NCBI GenBank assembly: GCA_013178415.1
Contig: JABLXA010000005.1
Coordinates: 71,369-135,368, forward strand
Origin: Bacillota bacterium
GTDB taxonomy: Bacteria; Bacillota; SHA-98; Ch115
DNA length: 64,000 bases
Reading direction: 5' to 3'
The translations under genes were made by a program, and so were the position numbers. The notes beneath the pieces are model-generated. The model did not search any database. It worked only from the letters and a program-made list of their open reading frames with translations, and was not told where the DNA came from. Positions 1-10,641 of the stretch are shown piece by piece; the stretch's first letter is position 1; every line of letters starts with the position of its first letter.

Positions 1-480
1 TTCCAGCTTATTGCTGCCCAACAGGAGGCTCCCGGTCCGCGCGCCAATGACCGCGGTTCCCCATATCCCGCGCCGTGACAACTCCTCGGCCAGAAACAGC
101 AGGGGAGCTACGCCAGTGCCGCCAGCCACCAGCAACACAGGCCCAGATACTCCATCGATGGTGAAACCGTTTCCCAGGGGACCCATGACATCAAGGAAAT
201 CCCCAGGCTTTCTTTCGGCAAGATAGCGGGTGCCCAAACCTCTTATCTGATAGATGATGTCAAAATACCCATTTCGTTGATTTGCGCCGGCGATGCTAAA
301 TGGCCGCCTCAGAAGAGGATCTGACGGGGCTTGCCAAAAGTCCGGCACTTTTGCCGAACACAAAATATGCACGAATTGCCCCGGCCTTGCGCTACTTGAG
401 ATCTTTTCAGATTCCAGTGTCATCTGAAAAAGTCCCGGCGCAACGGGAAAGCTGCGTATGATCTTTACTGGGTCTGCCAT
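1..480 (-). CDS. pyrK: dihydroorotate dehydrogenase electron-transfer subunit PyrK, N-terminal ~160 aa; gene runs off the left edge
   Basis: Manual minus-strand translation gives MADPVKIIRSFPVAPGLFQMTLESEKISSSARPGQFVHIL...LLRRPFSIAGAN...LDVMGPLGNGFT...LLVAGGTGVAPL, matching PyrK FAD/NAD-binding motifs. ATG at 480 is preceded by GGTGA. Absent from the ORF track because it is truncated. Confidence 0.75.
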   Translation of the reverse strand, partial: MADPVKIIRSFPVAPGLFQMTLESEKISSSARPGQFVHILCSAKVPDFWQAPSDPLLRRPFSIAGANQRNGYFDIIYQIRGLGTRYLAERKPGDFLDVMGPLGNGFTIDGVSGPVLLVAGGTGVAPLLFLAEELSRRGIWGTAVIGARTGSLLLGSNKLE

Positions 481-543
481 CAAAGCGCCATCACCGCCCT
501 AATGTAAACTCGCCCTCATGATTGCCCGGACGGCACAGCAGGT

Positions 544-1830
544 TTATGCCGGAAATACTATCCTTCCTCCAACTATGGTATAGCAGACTTTCCCCCGGAC
601 CTTCCTGCCTTGGAATGGGGAGTTCCTTGACATGGAACGAAAATCGCTGACATCTATAGTAAATTCTCTATCCAGATCGACCACAGTAATGTCTGCATCG
701 GCTCCCGGCCCGATCCATCCCTTGTTCTCGAGTCCGAGGATCCTGGCGGGCGCATATGACATGAGGCGCCCCAGGGCCACAAGTGATATTTCTCCTCTAT
801 GGATAAGCTCAGTTACGGCGAGCGGGACCGCTGTCTCAAGCCCTATGATGCCGAATGGCGCGAGATCGAATTCTACTTCCTTTTCCTCCAAGGTATGAGG
901 CGCATGATCAGTAGCGATCACATCAACCGTGCCATCTGCTATGGCCGCCCTTAAGGCCGCCACATCTCCTTCCGTCCTGAGAGGCGGGTTCATCTTAGTA
1001 TTGGTATCATAATCCCTGACGGCTTCCTCTGTCAAAGTGAAATGATGCGGAGTGACTTCACAGGTCACTTTGACGCCGCGTCCCTTGGCCTCTCTTATCA
1101 GCTCGATTGAACGCGCTGTAGATACATGGGCTATATGAATTCGTCCACCAGTCATCTCCGCCAGTATGAGATTCCGCGATACGGCTATCTCTTCACTGGC
1201 CGCGGGAATGCCGCGCAATCCCAGTTCAATGGAGAGAGCACCCTCATTCATCGCGCCGCCTGAGGAAAGATCGTTATCTTCAGCATGGGAGATAAATGGC
1301 ATATTGAACATCCTCGAATATTCCAGGACTCTCCGCACGACCTTTGAGCTAGATATGGGAAAGCCATCATCAGATAAGGCGACGGCCCCTGCCCGGAATA
1401 GCTCCCCGATCTCGGAGAGCTCTTCCCCTTGCATGCCGCGCGTTGCCGCGCCGATAGGAAATATGTTCGCCAGACCGCAAGCACTGCCCCTGACTTTTAT
1501 AAACTCTATGAGAGGGGCGCAGTCTAGGGGAGGATCTGTATTGGGCATGCATGCAATAGATGTGAATCCTCCAGACACGGCAGCCGCGCTGCCAGTCTCA
1601 ATGGTCTCTTCGTCCTCCCGGCCGGGTTCCCTGAGGTGGACATGCATATCAATGAACCCGGGGAAGATGACAAGCCCCGCGACATCTAGCGTTTCAGCCC
1701 CATCCATCACTAGATCATGCCCCACCTCGATGATTTTGCCATCTTCTATAGCTATGTCGGCTATGTCATCAGATCCGCTCCGAGGATCTACGACCTTACC
1801 ACCCTTAAGAAGTAATTTCACGTGGATCAC
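544..1830 (-). CDS. pyrC: dihydroorotase
   Basis: 428 aa. Has the [10 protein letters not shown] metal-binding HxH motif and an amidohydrolase fold. Sits in pyr synteny downstream of pyrB. Confidence 0.9.
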   Translation of the reverse strand: MIHVKLLLKGGKVVDPRSGSDDIADIAIEDGKIIEVGHDLVMDGAETLDVAGLVIFPGFIDMHVHLREPGREDEETIETGSAAAVSGGFTSIACMPNTDPPLDCAPLIEFIKVRGSACGLANIFPIGAATRGMQGEELSEIGELFRAGAVALSDDGFPISSSKVVRRVLEYSRMFNMPFISHAEDNDLSSGGAMNEGALSIELGLRGIPAASEEIAVSRNLILAEMTGGRIHIAHVSTARSIELIREAKGRGVKVTCEVTPHHFTLTEEAVRDYDTNTKMNPPLRTEGDVAALRAAIADGTVDVIATDHAPHTLEEKEVEFDLAPFGIIGLETAVPLAVTELIHRGEISLVALGRLMSYAPARILGLENKGWIGPGADADITVVDLDREFTIDVSDFRSMSRNSPFQGRKVRGKVCYTIVGGRIVFPA

Positions 1831-2746
1831 CCCCGCCAGAAAGGAGATATAATAATGCCATCCTCACAGCCACTCCATTTGTCACCTGTTCCCGTATGAC
1901 AGATTGAGGACTGGATGCCACTTCCTCTGTTATCTCAACGCCCAGGTTTGCGGGCCCGGGATGCATGAGCATGGCATCTTCCCGAGCAAGCTTGAGCCTT
2001 GTTGAATTCATCCCCCACAGCGCCGAATATTCCCTGAGGCTTGGCAAAAGTCCGCCCTGCTGGCGCTCCTTCTGTATCCTGAGCACATTTATGACATCCG
2101 CCCCCTGAAGGGCTTTATCCAGGTCATACTGCACCTCTGCGCCCATATGCTCAATATCAGGCGGCATGAGCGTCGGCGGTCCAGATAGGACGACCCTTGC
2201 TCCCAATTTGACCAGTCCCCAAATATCCGACTTTGCCACCCTGCTGTGCAAAATATCCCCTATAATCACCGCCTTGAGCCCTTCTATTCGCCCCTTATGC
2301 CTCCTTATTGTAAAAAGGTCCAGAAAGGCTTGGGTCGGATGCTCGTGCATACCATCACCGGCATTGATCACAGAAGCTTTTACTGTACGAGCCACGAAAT
2401 GCGGGGCGCCAGCCATCTGATGCCTCATGACGATTACATCTGCAGCCAGGGATTCCAGGGTCCTGACCGTATCTTTCAAGCTCTCGCCTTTGGCTACACT
2501 ACTAGCAGATACTGTGATATTTATCACGTCAGCGCTCATCCACTTGCCTGCCAGTTCAAAGGATGTCCTCGTCCGGGTGCTCGGCTCGTAAAAGAGATTT
2601 ACCATTGTCTTTCCCCTCAATGTCGGAAGCTTCTTGATTTCGCGAGCAAAGATCTCCCGGCACGGTTCGGCAGTATCCAGGACGAGCTCGATCTCCTCTC
2701 TGGAGAGCTCCCGGATGCCAAGCAAATCCTTATGTCTCCACATCAT
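1805..2746 (-). CDS. pyrB: aspartate carbamoyltransferase catalytic subunit
   Basis: 313 aa. Has the STRTRTSFE carbamoyl-phosphate motif and HPTQ. Overlaps the pyrC start by 26 nt. Confidence 0.9.
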   Translation of the reverse strand: MMWRHKDLLGIRELSREEIELVLDTAEPCREIFAREIKKLPTLRGKTMVNLFYEPSTRTRTSFELAGKWMSADVINITVSASSVAKGESLKDTVRTLESLAADVIVMRHQMAGAPHFVARTVKASVINAGDGMHEHPTQAFLDLFTIRRHKGRIEGLKAVIIGDILHSRVAKSDIWGLVKLGARVVLSGPPTLMPPDIEHMGAEVQYDLDKALQGADVINVLRIQKERQQGGLLPSLREYSALWGMNSTRLKLAREDAMLMHPGPANLGVEITEEVASSPQSVIREQVTNGVAVRMALLYLLSGGGDPREITS

Positions 2747-2837
2747 ACTCTCACCTTGCTTTCGAATTCCAGTCTATGAGCCAGCCCCATTCTGATACTT
2801 GCACGGAATCAAGACGCCGGGTCATCCAAGACGCCGT

Positions 2838-2915
2838 ACACCAAAAGCTCCCTGCCGGCACAGGCCGACAAGGAGCGAACTCTTTGGTTCTTCCCTTGCC
2901 AGCCTCTCTGGACTG
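2838..2915 (-). promoter_or_regulatory. PyrR-binding loop plus intrinsic terminator (pyr attenuator) between pyrR and pyrB
   Basis: Minus-strand RNA just after the pyrR stop contains UCCAGAGAGGCUGGCAAGG, the conserved PyrR binding-loop sequence. It is followed by a 12-bp GC-rich hairpin CUCCUUGUCGGC-CUGU-GCCGGCAGGGAG and then CUUUUGGUGU. Confidence 0.65.
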
Positions 2916-2934
2916 ATTTAAAGGGTCTCTATTT

Positions 2935-3546
<612 letters not shown>

Positions 3547-4152
3547 CTAGTTTGTAGGCTTCTTACTCGCTGTCTTCTCTCCCAGACGATGCTCAGTGCC
3601 AGCGTGAATCCTCTGGATATTCTTCCAGTGTCGGATGACGATAAAGGCCCCGGCCACCACCGAAAAGACTATTATGGCGGCGGGGAGGTGAAGAGCATAT
3701 GAGATGAATGGGGCCAGCGCTGCAGCTGATACCGATCCCAGGGACACATACCTCGTCGCTGCCACCACAAACACGAAGACCAGTATGACCGCTACTGTTA
3801 GAGCTGGAGATAGCATCAAGGCAACCCCGAGGGAGGTCGCTACCCCCTTGCCACCTTTAAATCCGAGAAATATCGACCAGTTATGCCCCGCTATAGCCGC
3901 AAGCCCTGCCAACATTACGGCCCATTGATTCACCAGGATTCTCTTTGCCAGGAACATGGCCAGCAGCCCCTTTCCTACGTCTCCCACCAGCACCACGACG
4001 GCCGCCGGGATTCCCAGCACCCTGAGGACATTGGTGGCCCCGATGTTGCCGCTGCCATAACGACGCACATCCTTGCCCAGGACCTTACTTGCCAGCACAC
4101 CGAACGGTATCGACCCCAGAAGATACCCAAGGCATAGAACCAGTAGAGTCAT
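3547..4152 (-). CDS. plsY: glycerol-3-phosphate acyltransferase PlsY
   Basis: 201 aa polytopic membrane protein. Has LGSIPFG, YGSGNIGATNVLR and GGKGVAT motifs. Confidence 0.85.
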   Translation of the reverse strand: MTLLVLCLGYLLGSIPFGVLASKVLGKDVRRYGSGNIGATNVLRVLGIPAAVVVLVGDVGKGLLAMFLAKRILVNQWAVMLAGLAAIAGHNWSIFLGFKGGKGVATSLGVALMLSPALTVAVILVFVFVVAATRYVSLGSVSAAALAPFISYALHLPAAIIVFSVVAGAFIVIRHWKNIQRIHAGTEHRLGEKTASKKPTN

Positions 4153-5123
4153 AACGTCCCAGACTCCTCCTTACCAGCTCGCGCTCTCAAAAGAGAAACA
4201 ATTGTCATCATATCATCCGGAAGGCCAGATTCAAAGCTCACAGGCTCGCGAGTCCTTGGATGGTAAAATGAAAGCGACTTGGCATGAAGAGCCTGGCCCT
4301 GTATGTCTAGATCTCTCGTCTTCCCGCCATACAGAGGATCTCCGACGATCGGATGGCCGATGGACGCAAGATGAACCCTTATCTGGTGTGTACGCCCTGT
4401 CGCGGGATGGATCTCCAGGAACGAATATCCAGGGAATATCTCGATTGTCTTGTACCCCGTAATCGCAGGTCTCCCCTTCCCATCGGAAATAATAGCCATT
4501 TTCTTTCGATGAACCGGATGTCTGCCGATAGGCGCATTAATGACCCCGCTCCGGGGATGTACAACCCCGCGTACCAGCGCAACGTATACCTTTTTTACTT
4601 CCCTCGCTTTAAATTGACGGGCAAGCTCGAGATGGCTCATGTCGTTCTTTGCTATAACCATCACCCCTGAGGTATCCTTATCCAACCTGTGGACTATCCC
4701 CGGGCGGAGGACCCCCCCAATGCCCGATAAATCCTTGCAATGGCCAAGCAGGGCATTTACGAGGGTTCCTGAAGGCTTGCCGGCGCCGGGATGGACCGTC
4801 ATCCCCCTTGGCTTATTTATGACTATTATGTCTCCATCTTCGTAAAGCACATCCAATGCGGTCTTCTCAGCCTCGACCTTGAGCGGCTCTGGCTCCGGGA
4901 TTCTCCCGGATATCAAGTCCCCAGCCCGCACCCTGTAGCTGGGACGCCTGGAAACGCCATTGACGAATATCTGCCCATCATCTATCAGCTTCCGGATGAA
5001 AGATCTTGACAGATCGCCATAATCTGAGGAAAGACGTTCCGTCAGAAAGACATCAAGCCTCTCTCCATCATACTGGCCGACATTTATCTCAAAAGATCTG
5101 CCCTTAGTTATCATGAATATCAA
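4149..5123 (-). CDS. rluD: 23S rRNA pseudouridine synthase, RluA family (RluD-like)
   Basis: N-terminal S4 domain, HRLDKDTSGVMV catalytic Asp motif, TGRTHQIRVH. Same position as B. subtilis ylyB downstream of lspA. Confidence 0.8.
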   Translation of the reverse strand: MIFMITKGRSFEINVGQYDGERLDVFLTERLSSDYGDLSRSFIRKLIDDGQIFVNGVSRRPSYRVRAGDLISGRIPEPEPLKVEAEKTALDVLYEDGDIIVINKPRGMTVHPGAGKPSGTLVNALLGHCKDLSGIGGVLRPGIVHRLDKDTSGVMVIAKNDMSHLELARQFKAREVKKVYVALVRGVVHPRSGVINAPIGRHPVHRKKMAIISDGKGRPAITGYKTIEIFPGYSFLEIHPATGRTHQIRVHLASIGHPIVGDPLYGGKTRDLDIQGQALHAKSLSFYHPRTREPVSFESGLPDDMMTIVSLLRARAGKEESGTL

Positions 5124-5178
5124 TATCCTTCGAATTCGCCCGAAAATGCTCCCCGCCGTGAGCAGCTGATGCCGAGGA

Positions 5179-5949
5179 CTATCTGCCCTGCGCAGGTAAT
5201 TTCTCTTCCGGCTTCGCAGCCTGATTGCTCAAGATTGATATGCAGAGGAATGAACCCAACGCCAGGACGATACTTACCACTTGCGTTATGGACAATGGTC
5301 CCAGGAATCTCGGCACATCTCTGAAGATCTCCACCACAAACCGAAGTATGGAGTAGAGGAATACATAGAAAAACATGAGATATCCGGGAAAATGACGTGA
5401 CTTTCTGGAGATCATCAGGATCGCGAAGATCATGAGACTGCCGATGGCTGCATATATCTGCGTCGGGTGACGAAGGGATTGGTCATAGGCGGCGCACTTG
5501 AGCGCCCACGGGAGATTGGTTGTAACTCCAAAGCAGCATCCATTTAGAAAGCAGCCTATGCGGGCGATGGAATAACCCAATGCAACGCTGGGCGCAGCGA
5601 TATCAGCAATCTCCCAAGCCGAGACCTTGTGCCTCCTGCAATACCAGATGCCCACTAGAATAGCAGTGAATAGTCCTCCATGAAAGGACAGGCCCCCATC
5701 CCTGAGCCTTAAGATCTCCATAGGTTCACTTAGGTAAACAGGAAGATCCAAGAGCACATATACGATCCGCGCCCCAACGATCCCGGCAATGCAGCTGTAT
5801 AGGGCTATATCGATTATAGCCTCGATGCTGATCCCCCGTCTCTTGGCCTGGATAATGCCAAAGATTGTGCCGACGACAAAGGCGACTGCGACAAAGAAAC
5901 CATATGAATATACCGGCGCACTGCCAATATGAAACAGAATCGGCCTCAA
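5179..5949 (-). CDS. lgt: prolipoprotein diacylglyceryl transferase
   Basis: 256 aa polytopic protein with the Lgt signature GCFLNGCCFG. Confidence 0.85.
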   Translation of the reverse strand: MRPILFHIGSAPVYSYGFFVAVAFVVGTIFGIIQAKRRGISIEAIIDIALYSCIAGIVGARIVYVLLDLPVYLSEPMEILRLRDGGLSFHGGLFTAILVGIWYCRRHKVSAWEIADIAAPSVALGYSIARIGCFLNGCCFGVTTNLPWALKCAAYDQSLRHPTQIYAAIGSLMIFAILMISRKSRHFPGYLMFFYVFLYSILRFVVEIFRDVPRFLGPLSITQVVSIVLALGSFLCISILSNQAAKPEEKLPAQGR

Positions 5950-6015
5950 ATCAATTCCCCCAATTCGTGCATCGTGGCAATCATATCATACCGGGTGGCA
6001 ATCATATCATATTAA

Positions 6016-6519
6016 TCACTGCCGCCTCGAAGCTATGACCACGCCATACAGAATCAGCCCTGCTCCAAAAACTATCGCCACATCCGCGAAATTGAAGATA
6101 GGCCATACGCGAAAATCTATGAAATCAATGACCCTGCCTATCCGGATACGATCGATGAGGTTTCCGAGAGCCCCAGCCAGCACGCCGACGGCCCCGATCA
6201 GGAAAGATCCGTTCGTGAGGACCAACCGGCTCGTCAGGAGGACAAGAGCGGCGGCAATCAAGACCGTAATGATGAGCGCCAATCCATTGCTGCCAGCAAA
6301 GAGCCCGAAAGCTACGCCTGAGTTCTTCACATAAGTGAGATGAAGCACACCTCTGACAATTGGAATCGATTCCCCTGGCATAAGCTTGGCCATGACCCAG
6401 GCCTTAGTCATCTGATCCACAGCGATGATCAGGAGCCCAAATGGAAAATATCTTACAGCGCTGGACGCCAGTGCGCTCATGAGACTCCCCTGACTCTCAT
6501 CATTTATGTGTCGTTTCAT
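6016..6519 (-). CDS. lspA: lipoprotein signal peptidase II
   Basis: 167 aa with NSGVAFG and FNFADVAI motifs and four TM segments. Confidence 0.85.
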   Translation of the reverse strand: MKRHINDESQGSLMSALASSAVRYFPFGLLIIAVDQMTKAWVMAKLMPGESIPIVRGVLHLTYVKNSGVAFGLFAGSNGLALIITVLIAAALVLLTSRLVLTNGSFLIGAVGVLAGALGNLIDRIRIGRVIDFIDFRVWPIFNFADVAIVFGAGLILYGVVIASRRQ

Positions 6520-6613
6520 GCCCTCCTTATCTTAACACATAAGAACGCGACAGTCACCAGGTAGGGCTAAATGGACACATGGCTCCCGCTCCCCCTATGC
6601 GCCGAGAAAGATT

Positions 6614-7291
6614 TTACTTCGACCTTAGCCTATGCCGGTGCCTGTAGATATCAGGAAGCGGCGGGATTTCCTCACCTTCCTCATCGCCTTCAATGATAAG
6701 GTCAGTCTCTTCTGCCGCCCCCCGGAGTTCATCGCCTTCTATATAGCTATTCCCTATATCATCAGGACCACCAAGGTCCTGCGGCGTGTTGGAGGTGCCG
6801 TAGCGGGCGACATCCTGCCATATATCCTCCCCGTCAATCCCAGGCGTACGCCCATCCATGAAATGCCGATCATAGGACACTAGGGCGGATTCCTCTATCG
6901 GTCTATTGAATCTATCTGGCACGGAGATTTCCTGCTCTCTCGCGCATCCGGCACAGAGAGCTACATATGGCATGATCTTCAGCCTCTCCTCCTCGATTTC
7001 CCCGCCACAATGCTCACAAACACCATATGTGCCCTTCTCGATTCGTTCCAGGGCATCATTTACACGCTTGATCAATCCAGCAAGGTCAGCCCTTGTCCCG
7101 ACATCCCTCTCGCGTTCAGCAACATTCGAGCCCTCATCCGCCGGATGATTATCATAGCTGGAAAGCTCTCCAATCGCGTCTTTTGCCGCTATTCCGAGCC
7201 CTGTATCGTTTATCGAGTCTATCATCTCCTGAAGTCGAGCCTTTTCCTCAATGAGGGCGGCCTTGAAACCGGATAGTTTATCTTTATCCAT
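6614..7291 (-). CDS. DksA/TraR-family C4 zinc-finger protein (YteA/YlyA-like)
   Basis: CEHCGGEI...CAGC four-cysteine zinc finger, coiled-coil N-terminus, acidic C-terminal tail. Conserved position upstream of lspA, as ylyA in B. subtilis. Confidence 0.75.
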   Translation of the reverse strand: MDKDKLSGFKAALIEEKARLQEMIDSINDTGLGIAAKDAIGELSSYDNHPADEGSNVAERERDVGTRADLAGLIKRVNDALERIEKGTYGVCEHCGGEIEEERLKIMPYVALCAGCAREQEISVPDRFNRPIEESALVSYDRHFMDGRTPGIDGEDIWQDVARYGTSNTPQDLGGPDDIGNSYIEGDELRGAAEETDLIIEGDEEGEEIPPLPDIYRHRHRLRSK

Positions 7292-7361
7292 GCGCTTTCA
7301 CCCCTGCAGCAACTCCCGTAATGCCACCCCGGGGCGTGAAAAGAAATCATCGTAATAGACA

Positions 7362-7679
7362 TCAACGGAGGTGGAGCTGCACTATGCCAACTATCTCAGC
7401 GATGAATTTCCCGATCACCGGGAGATTCCACTTCACAACCAGGGTCATCAGGTAAAGAAACAAAGCGGCGAGTACCGTGGCACCCACGCCAATGCCGAAA
7501 CCTCGAGCAAGCCCACCCAGTAGATTGGCGTAAATGATCCTCCTGGGATTTCTCAGGAACTCCACGTATTCCGCAATGCTGGCCTTTTCCAGACGTGATG
7601 ATAGTTCATTTATCCGGATTATCAATGTCTCAACAGTTCCCTGGTCAAGTTCCTTCTTCATGCGCAAAGACGCCGGCAC
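7362..7679 (-). CDS. hypothetical small membrane protein (two C-terminal TM helices)
   Basis: 105 aa with a soluble N-terminal helix and hydrophobic C-terminal half. Occupies the slot where ylmG/divIVA would be expected. No recognisable DivIVA features. Confidence 0.45.
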   Translation of the reverse strand: MPASLRMKKELDQGTVETLIIRINELSSRLEKASIAEYVEFLRNPRRIIYANLLGGLARGFGIGVGATVLAALFLYLMTLVVKWNLPVIGKFIAEIVGIVQLHLR

Positions 7680-7813
7680 TGAAGTGCCTCGTTATGCCTC
7701 CTAACCCGGGGTCCGATATTCCTTTGACTTAAATAGTCTTTCCAGAAATCGCCCCCTGGTATCCTTGCGTATCTCTGGCGTCAGGCGGGGAAAGCGCTAT
7801 ATTTTGGGATCTA

Positions 7814-8122
7814 TTATAGATTCCCAATATCTTCCGGATGGCACTGGGATCTTGAAACCACTATGCCCAGACGCCCTTTCTTGGTCTGGCCCGTTACTTC
7901 CTCGAGCTTCACTAGTGTCCTGCGCCCTTTTGCGGTGATAGTATCTCCAAGTTTCACCGGCTTTGATGGGTCCGTCACTGGCACGGAATTTACGCGCACT
8001 CTTTCTGCCTTTATTTCCTCAGCTATCTTAGACCTCGATGTCGAGAAACCAAGCGCTGCCACTGCATCGAGGCGCAAGCTGGCCACCGTTCCCCTTATAA
8101 TGACTGGATCCATAGATATCAT
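7814..8122 (-). CDS. S4-domain RNA-binding protein (short YlmH-like)
   Basis: 102 aa. Its C-terminal S4-like segment reads ...VRVNSVPVTDPSKPVKLGDTITAKGRR. Lies immediately downstream of sepF as ylmH does in Bacillus, but is much shorter. Confidence 0.55.
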   Translation of the reverse strand: MISMDPVIIRGTVASLRLDAVAALGFSTSRSKIAEEIKAERVRVNSVPVTDPSKPVKLGDTITAKGRRTLVKLEEVTGQTKKGRLGIVVSRSQCHPEDIGNL

Positions 8123-8595
8123 CCCCTAAAAGGAGGTTTTGGCGAGAAAAATGGTGTCTCATCCTCGGCCTTATCATCGATCTCGCCAGTTACCTCGAAA
8201 TTGTTTGGGGTAAATAGAAAGATGCCGTCCCCTATCCTCTGCATAGCGCCATCAATGGCATAAGTCACTCCGCTCGCCACATCGAGAATGCGCCTCGCGA
8301 CATCCTTGCCCAACGCTGAAACATTCACAATTACCGGACGCCTGCTCTTGAGATTATTCGCTATCTCCTGCACATCATCAAAAGCCTTTGGCTCGGAGAT
8401 GACTAGCCTCGCCTGCCTAGCGGACCGGAGTGATACCAGCTTCCTGGATGATTTCGACTCGGGAAGATCCGCCAAGAACTCATCCTCATCGGCAGTCTCC
8501 ACTGGTTCGTCCACTGTTTCCTCCTTTGATTCTGCCGTCTCTCCCGCATCGCCAAATCCCATGAAATCGAGGACTCTATCGACAAAGCCCTTCAT
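8119..8595 (-). CDS. sepF: cell division protein SepF
   Basis: 158 aa, MKGFVDRVLDFMGF N-terminus, acidic linker and a conserved C-terminal domain VISEPKAFDDVQEIANNLKSRRPVIVN. Confidence 0.85.
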   Translation of the reverse strand: MKGFVDRVLDFMGFGDAGETAESKEETVDEPVETADEDEFLADLPESKSSRKLVSLRSARQARLVISEPKAFDDVQEIANNLKSRRPVIVNVSALGKDVARRILDVASGVTYAIDGAMQRIGDGIFLFTPNNFEVTGEIDDKAEDETPFFSPKPPFRG

Positions 8596-8609
8596 TTTTG
8601 ATCCCTCCG

Positions 8610-9302
8610 CTATGTTGTATCCCCTGAAAAGATCGCCCTGCCAATTCTCACCATATTCGCCCCTTCTGAAATAGCGACTTCAAAATCATGACTCATTCCC
8701 ATTGAGAGGTACTTCATCGAAATCCAGGGGAATTTCGTCTCACGCGCTTTATGAAAAAGATCCCGGGCCATAGCAAAATATGGCCTTGCTGCTTCAGGGT
8801 CGCCGAAATACGGAGCCATGGCCATAAGCCCTTCGATTTCAATGTGATCATAATGCGCGGCCTGTTCCAAAAACGCGAGAACTTCTTCACGCGGGAAGCC
8901 AAATTTCGTGGCTTCGTGAGATACCTTGACTTCAACAAAGGCCTTGACCTTTTTCCCGAGCTTCGCAGCAGTGATATTGAGGGCCTCGGCAAGCCTTACG
9001 CTATCAAGGGATTGAATCACATCAAACAGTTCGATGGCGCGTTTCACCTTATTAGTTTGTAGATGCCCTATCATGTGCCAACTGACGCCGGACCCAAGCG
9101 TTGTTATCTTCGGGTATGCCTCCTGCACCCTGTTCTCTCCCAGAATATCCACGCCGCAGGCCACAACCTCCCTGATGGAGGCCACATCCGCATTTTTCGT
9201 GACCACTACAAGGGCGACATCGCCGACCGGGAAGCGAGAATTTTGCCGGGCTTTCTCTATTCGTTCTCTCACTTTCATAAAGTTTTCTCTGATTCTTGAC
9301 AT
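8610..9302 (-). CDS. YggS/YlmE-family pyridoxal-phosphate homeostasis protein
   Basis: Alanine-racemase N-terminal-like fold with the VALVVVTK PLP-lysine region. The ORF extends to 9338, but the MSRIRENF start at 9302 avoids overlap with the upstream gene. Confidence 0.8.
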   Translation of the reverse strand: MSRIRENFMKVRERIEKARQNSRFPVGDVALVVVTKNADVASIREVVACGVDILGENRVQEAYPKITTLGSGVSWHMIGHLQTNKVKRAIELFDVIQSLDSVRLAEALNITAAKLGKKVKAFVEVKVSHEATKFGFPREEVLAFLEQAAHYDHIEIEGLMAMAPYFGDPEAARPYFAMARDLFHKARETKFPWISMKYLSMGMSHDFEVAISEGANMVRIGRAIFSGDTT

Positions 9303-9321
9303 TTTTCTCCCCCTGATGAGA

Positions 9322-10623
9322 TCATTTCCCCATACCATTCAGCATCCAGGGATTACAAATCACCCTGGAGCCTTCAGGAACCCCATTCAGGATCACGTAC
9401 TCCCCATCACTGGCCCCTGGCGATACTTTACGCTCGACCGCCCTTTCCCCACGAATTAAATATACATAATGATCCAGCCCCTTCTGGAATACCGCTTCGA
9501 CAGGCACTGCGACACCCTGAAAGATCCCTTTGACTAATTCCAGCCTCACCACGCGCTTATTATGAACCTCCGGCAGGAAAGCATCGATTCTCAGCGCGGC
9601 CGCCACCTGGCCGGAAGGGTTCCGGATTATCCTGGCCGGCCAACGAGACTGGCCAAATTCCGGAAATCTGACCCATACCTTTCCATTCTCACCTCTGTCT
9701 ATACTCAAATCTGCCAAGGGTATAGCAGTCATCCCCACAGTTTGTATGATCTTGAAGATCTCCTGCCCAGCATCTACTGCCTGTCCATCTATGACTCGCA
9801 TAGTCTTACTGCCCGAGCGCAGCCAAGATTCAATCTCCTGGGTCTTGCCGCCAGCGAGGATTTTACCTGTCATGCCTTCCATACCGTCAAAGGTGAAAGA
9901 AACTATCCCGGGGCTGTCGGACATGATCACCGAAGATACGAGTCCTAACATCTTTTCTTTTGAGTCTTTTTCCTTCTCCAGGCCCCTCGCGATTTTCCTG
10001 GCCTTGGCCTCTTCAACGGCCAGCCTTTGGGTGAGCTCGTCGATTCCCTCTTCGATCCGCCTGAGGGATTTCTCGAAAGACCGCGCTCCCCAGATATTAC
10101 GTTCGGCCCTACGCTGCCTGAGCTTTCTTTCAAGATCCTTCTTTTCCATTTGCAGCGCCAGAATCTGATCTTTTATCCTCTCTATATTGATAGTTGAGAC
10201 TAGCGTAAAATCGTCAAGAGTCCGCTTTGCCTCGATATATTCGCCCTCGACCCGAGATTGCGCCGGGTCATTCACGATCTGGGCAACAGGTGTGCCTACA
10301 CGCACAGCTGTTCCTTCGGGCACGATCTTTTCAAGATGCCCCTGAATAGGCGCGATAAAGACCTTCTCGTCCGCTGAAACAAAGGCATCGAAAGTCTCCG
10401 AAACTTCGATCACGCGCCTCTCGCATGTGGCGAGCTTGACTGCCTCCGGGACCAGCGTAGATTTCGTGCCGGTATATAGTGACCAGAATATTACTACGGC
10501 CCCCAGTAGGATAGCCCATGAGAAAACACTAGATAACACCTTTTTGCTGCGCCGCGGAGTTACCATCTTCCTGCGGCGATGCAGCCTCAAAGGACGGAGA
10601 TTCCTTGCTCCTATTTCCCTCAC
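9322..10623 (-). CDS. HlyD-family membrane-fusion-like protein (orphan periplasmic adaptor fold)
   Basis: 433 aa. Basic N-terminus, a single TM helix (VFSWAILLGAVVIFW), a long coiled-coil hairpin (ERIKDQILALQMEKKDLERKLRQRRAER...) and C-terminal beta-barrel-like segments. No ABC or RND partner is adjacent. Confidence 0.55.
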   Translation of the reverse strand: MREIGARNLRPLRLHRRRKMVTPRRSKKVLSSVFSWAILLGAVVIFWSLYTGTKSTLVPEAVKLATCERRVIEVSETFDAFVSADEKVFIAPIQGHLEKIVPEGTAVRVGTPVAQIVNDPAQSRVEGEYIEAKRTLDDFTLVSTINIERIKDQILALQMEKKDLERKLRQRRAERNIWGARSFEKSLRRIEEGIDELTQRLAVEEAKARKIARGLEKEKDSKEKMLGLVSSVIMSDSPGIVSFTFDGMEGMTGKILAGGKTQEIESWLRSGSKTMRVIDGQAVDAGQEIFKIIQTVGMTAIPLADLSIDRGENGKVWVRFPEFGQSRWPARIIRNPSGQVAAALRIDAFLPEVHNKRVVRLELVKGIFQGVAVPVEAVFQKGLDHYVYLIRGERAVERKVSPGASDGEYVILNGVPEGSRVICNPWMLNGMGK

Positions 10624-10641
10624 GCTCCCACATAGAAGAAA

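Noticed and set aside
11-226. 71-aa plus-strand ORF at the left edge
   Set aside because: Antisense to the clearly conserved pyrK N-terminal coding sequence.
1166-1852. 228-aa plus-strand ORF
   Set aside because: Antisense to pyrC/pyrB. No motifs, and a Ser/Pro/Arg-rich shadow ORF.
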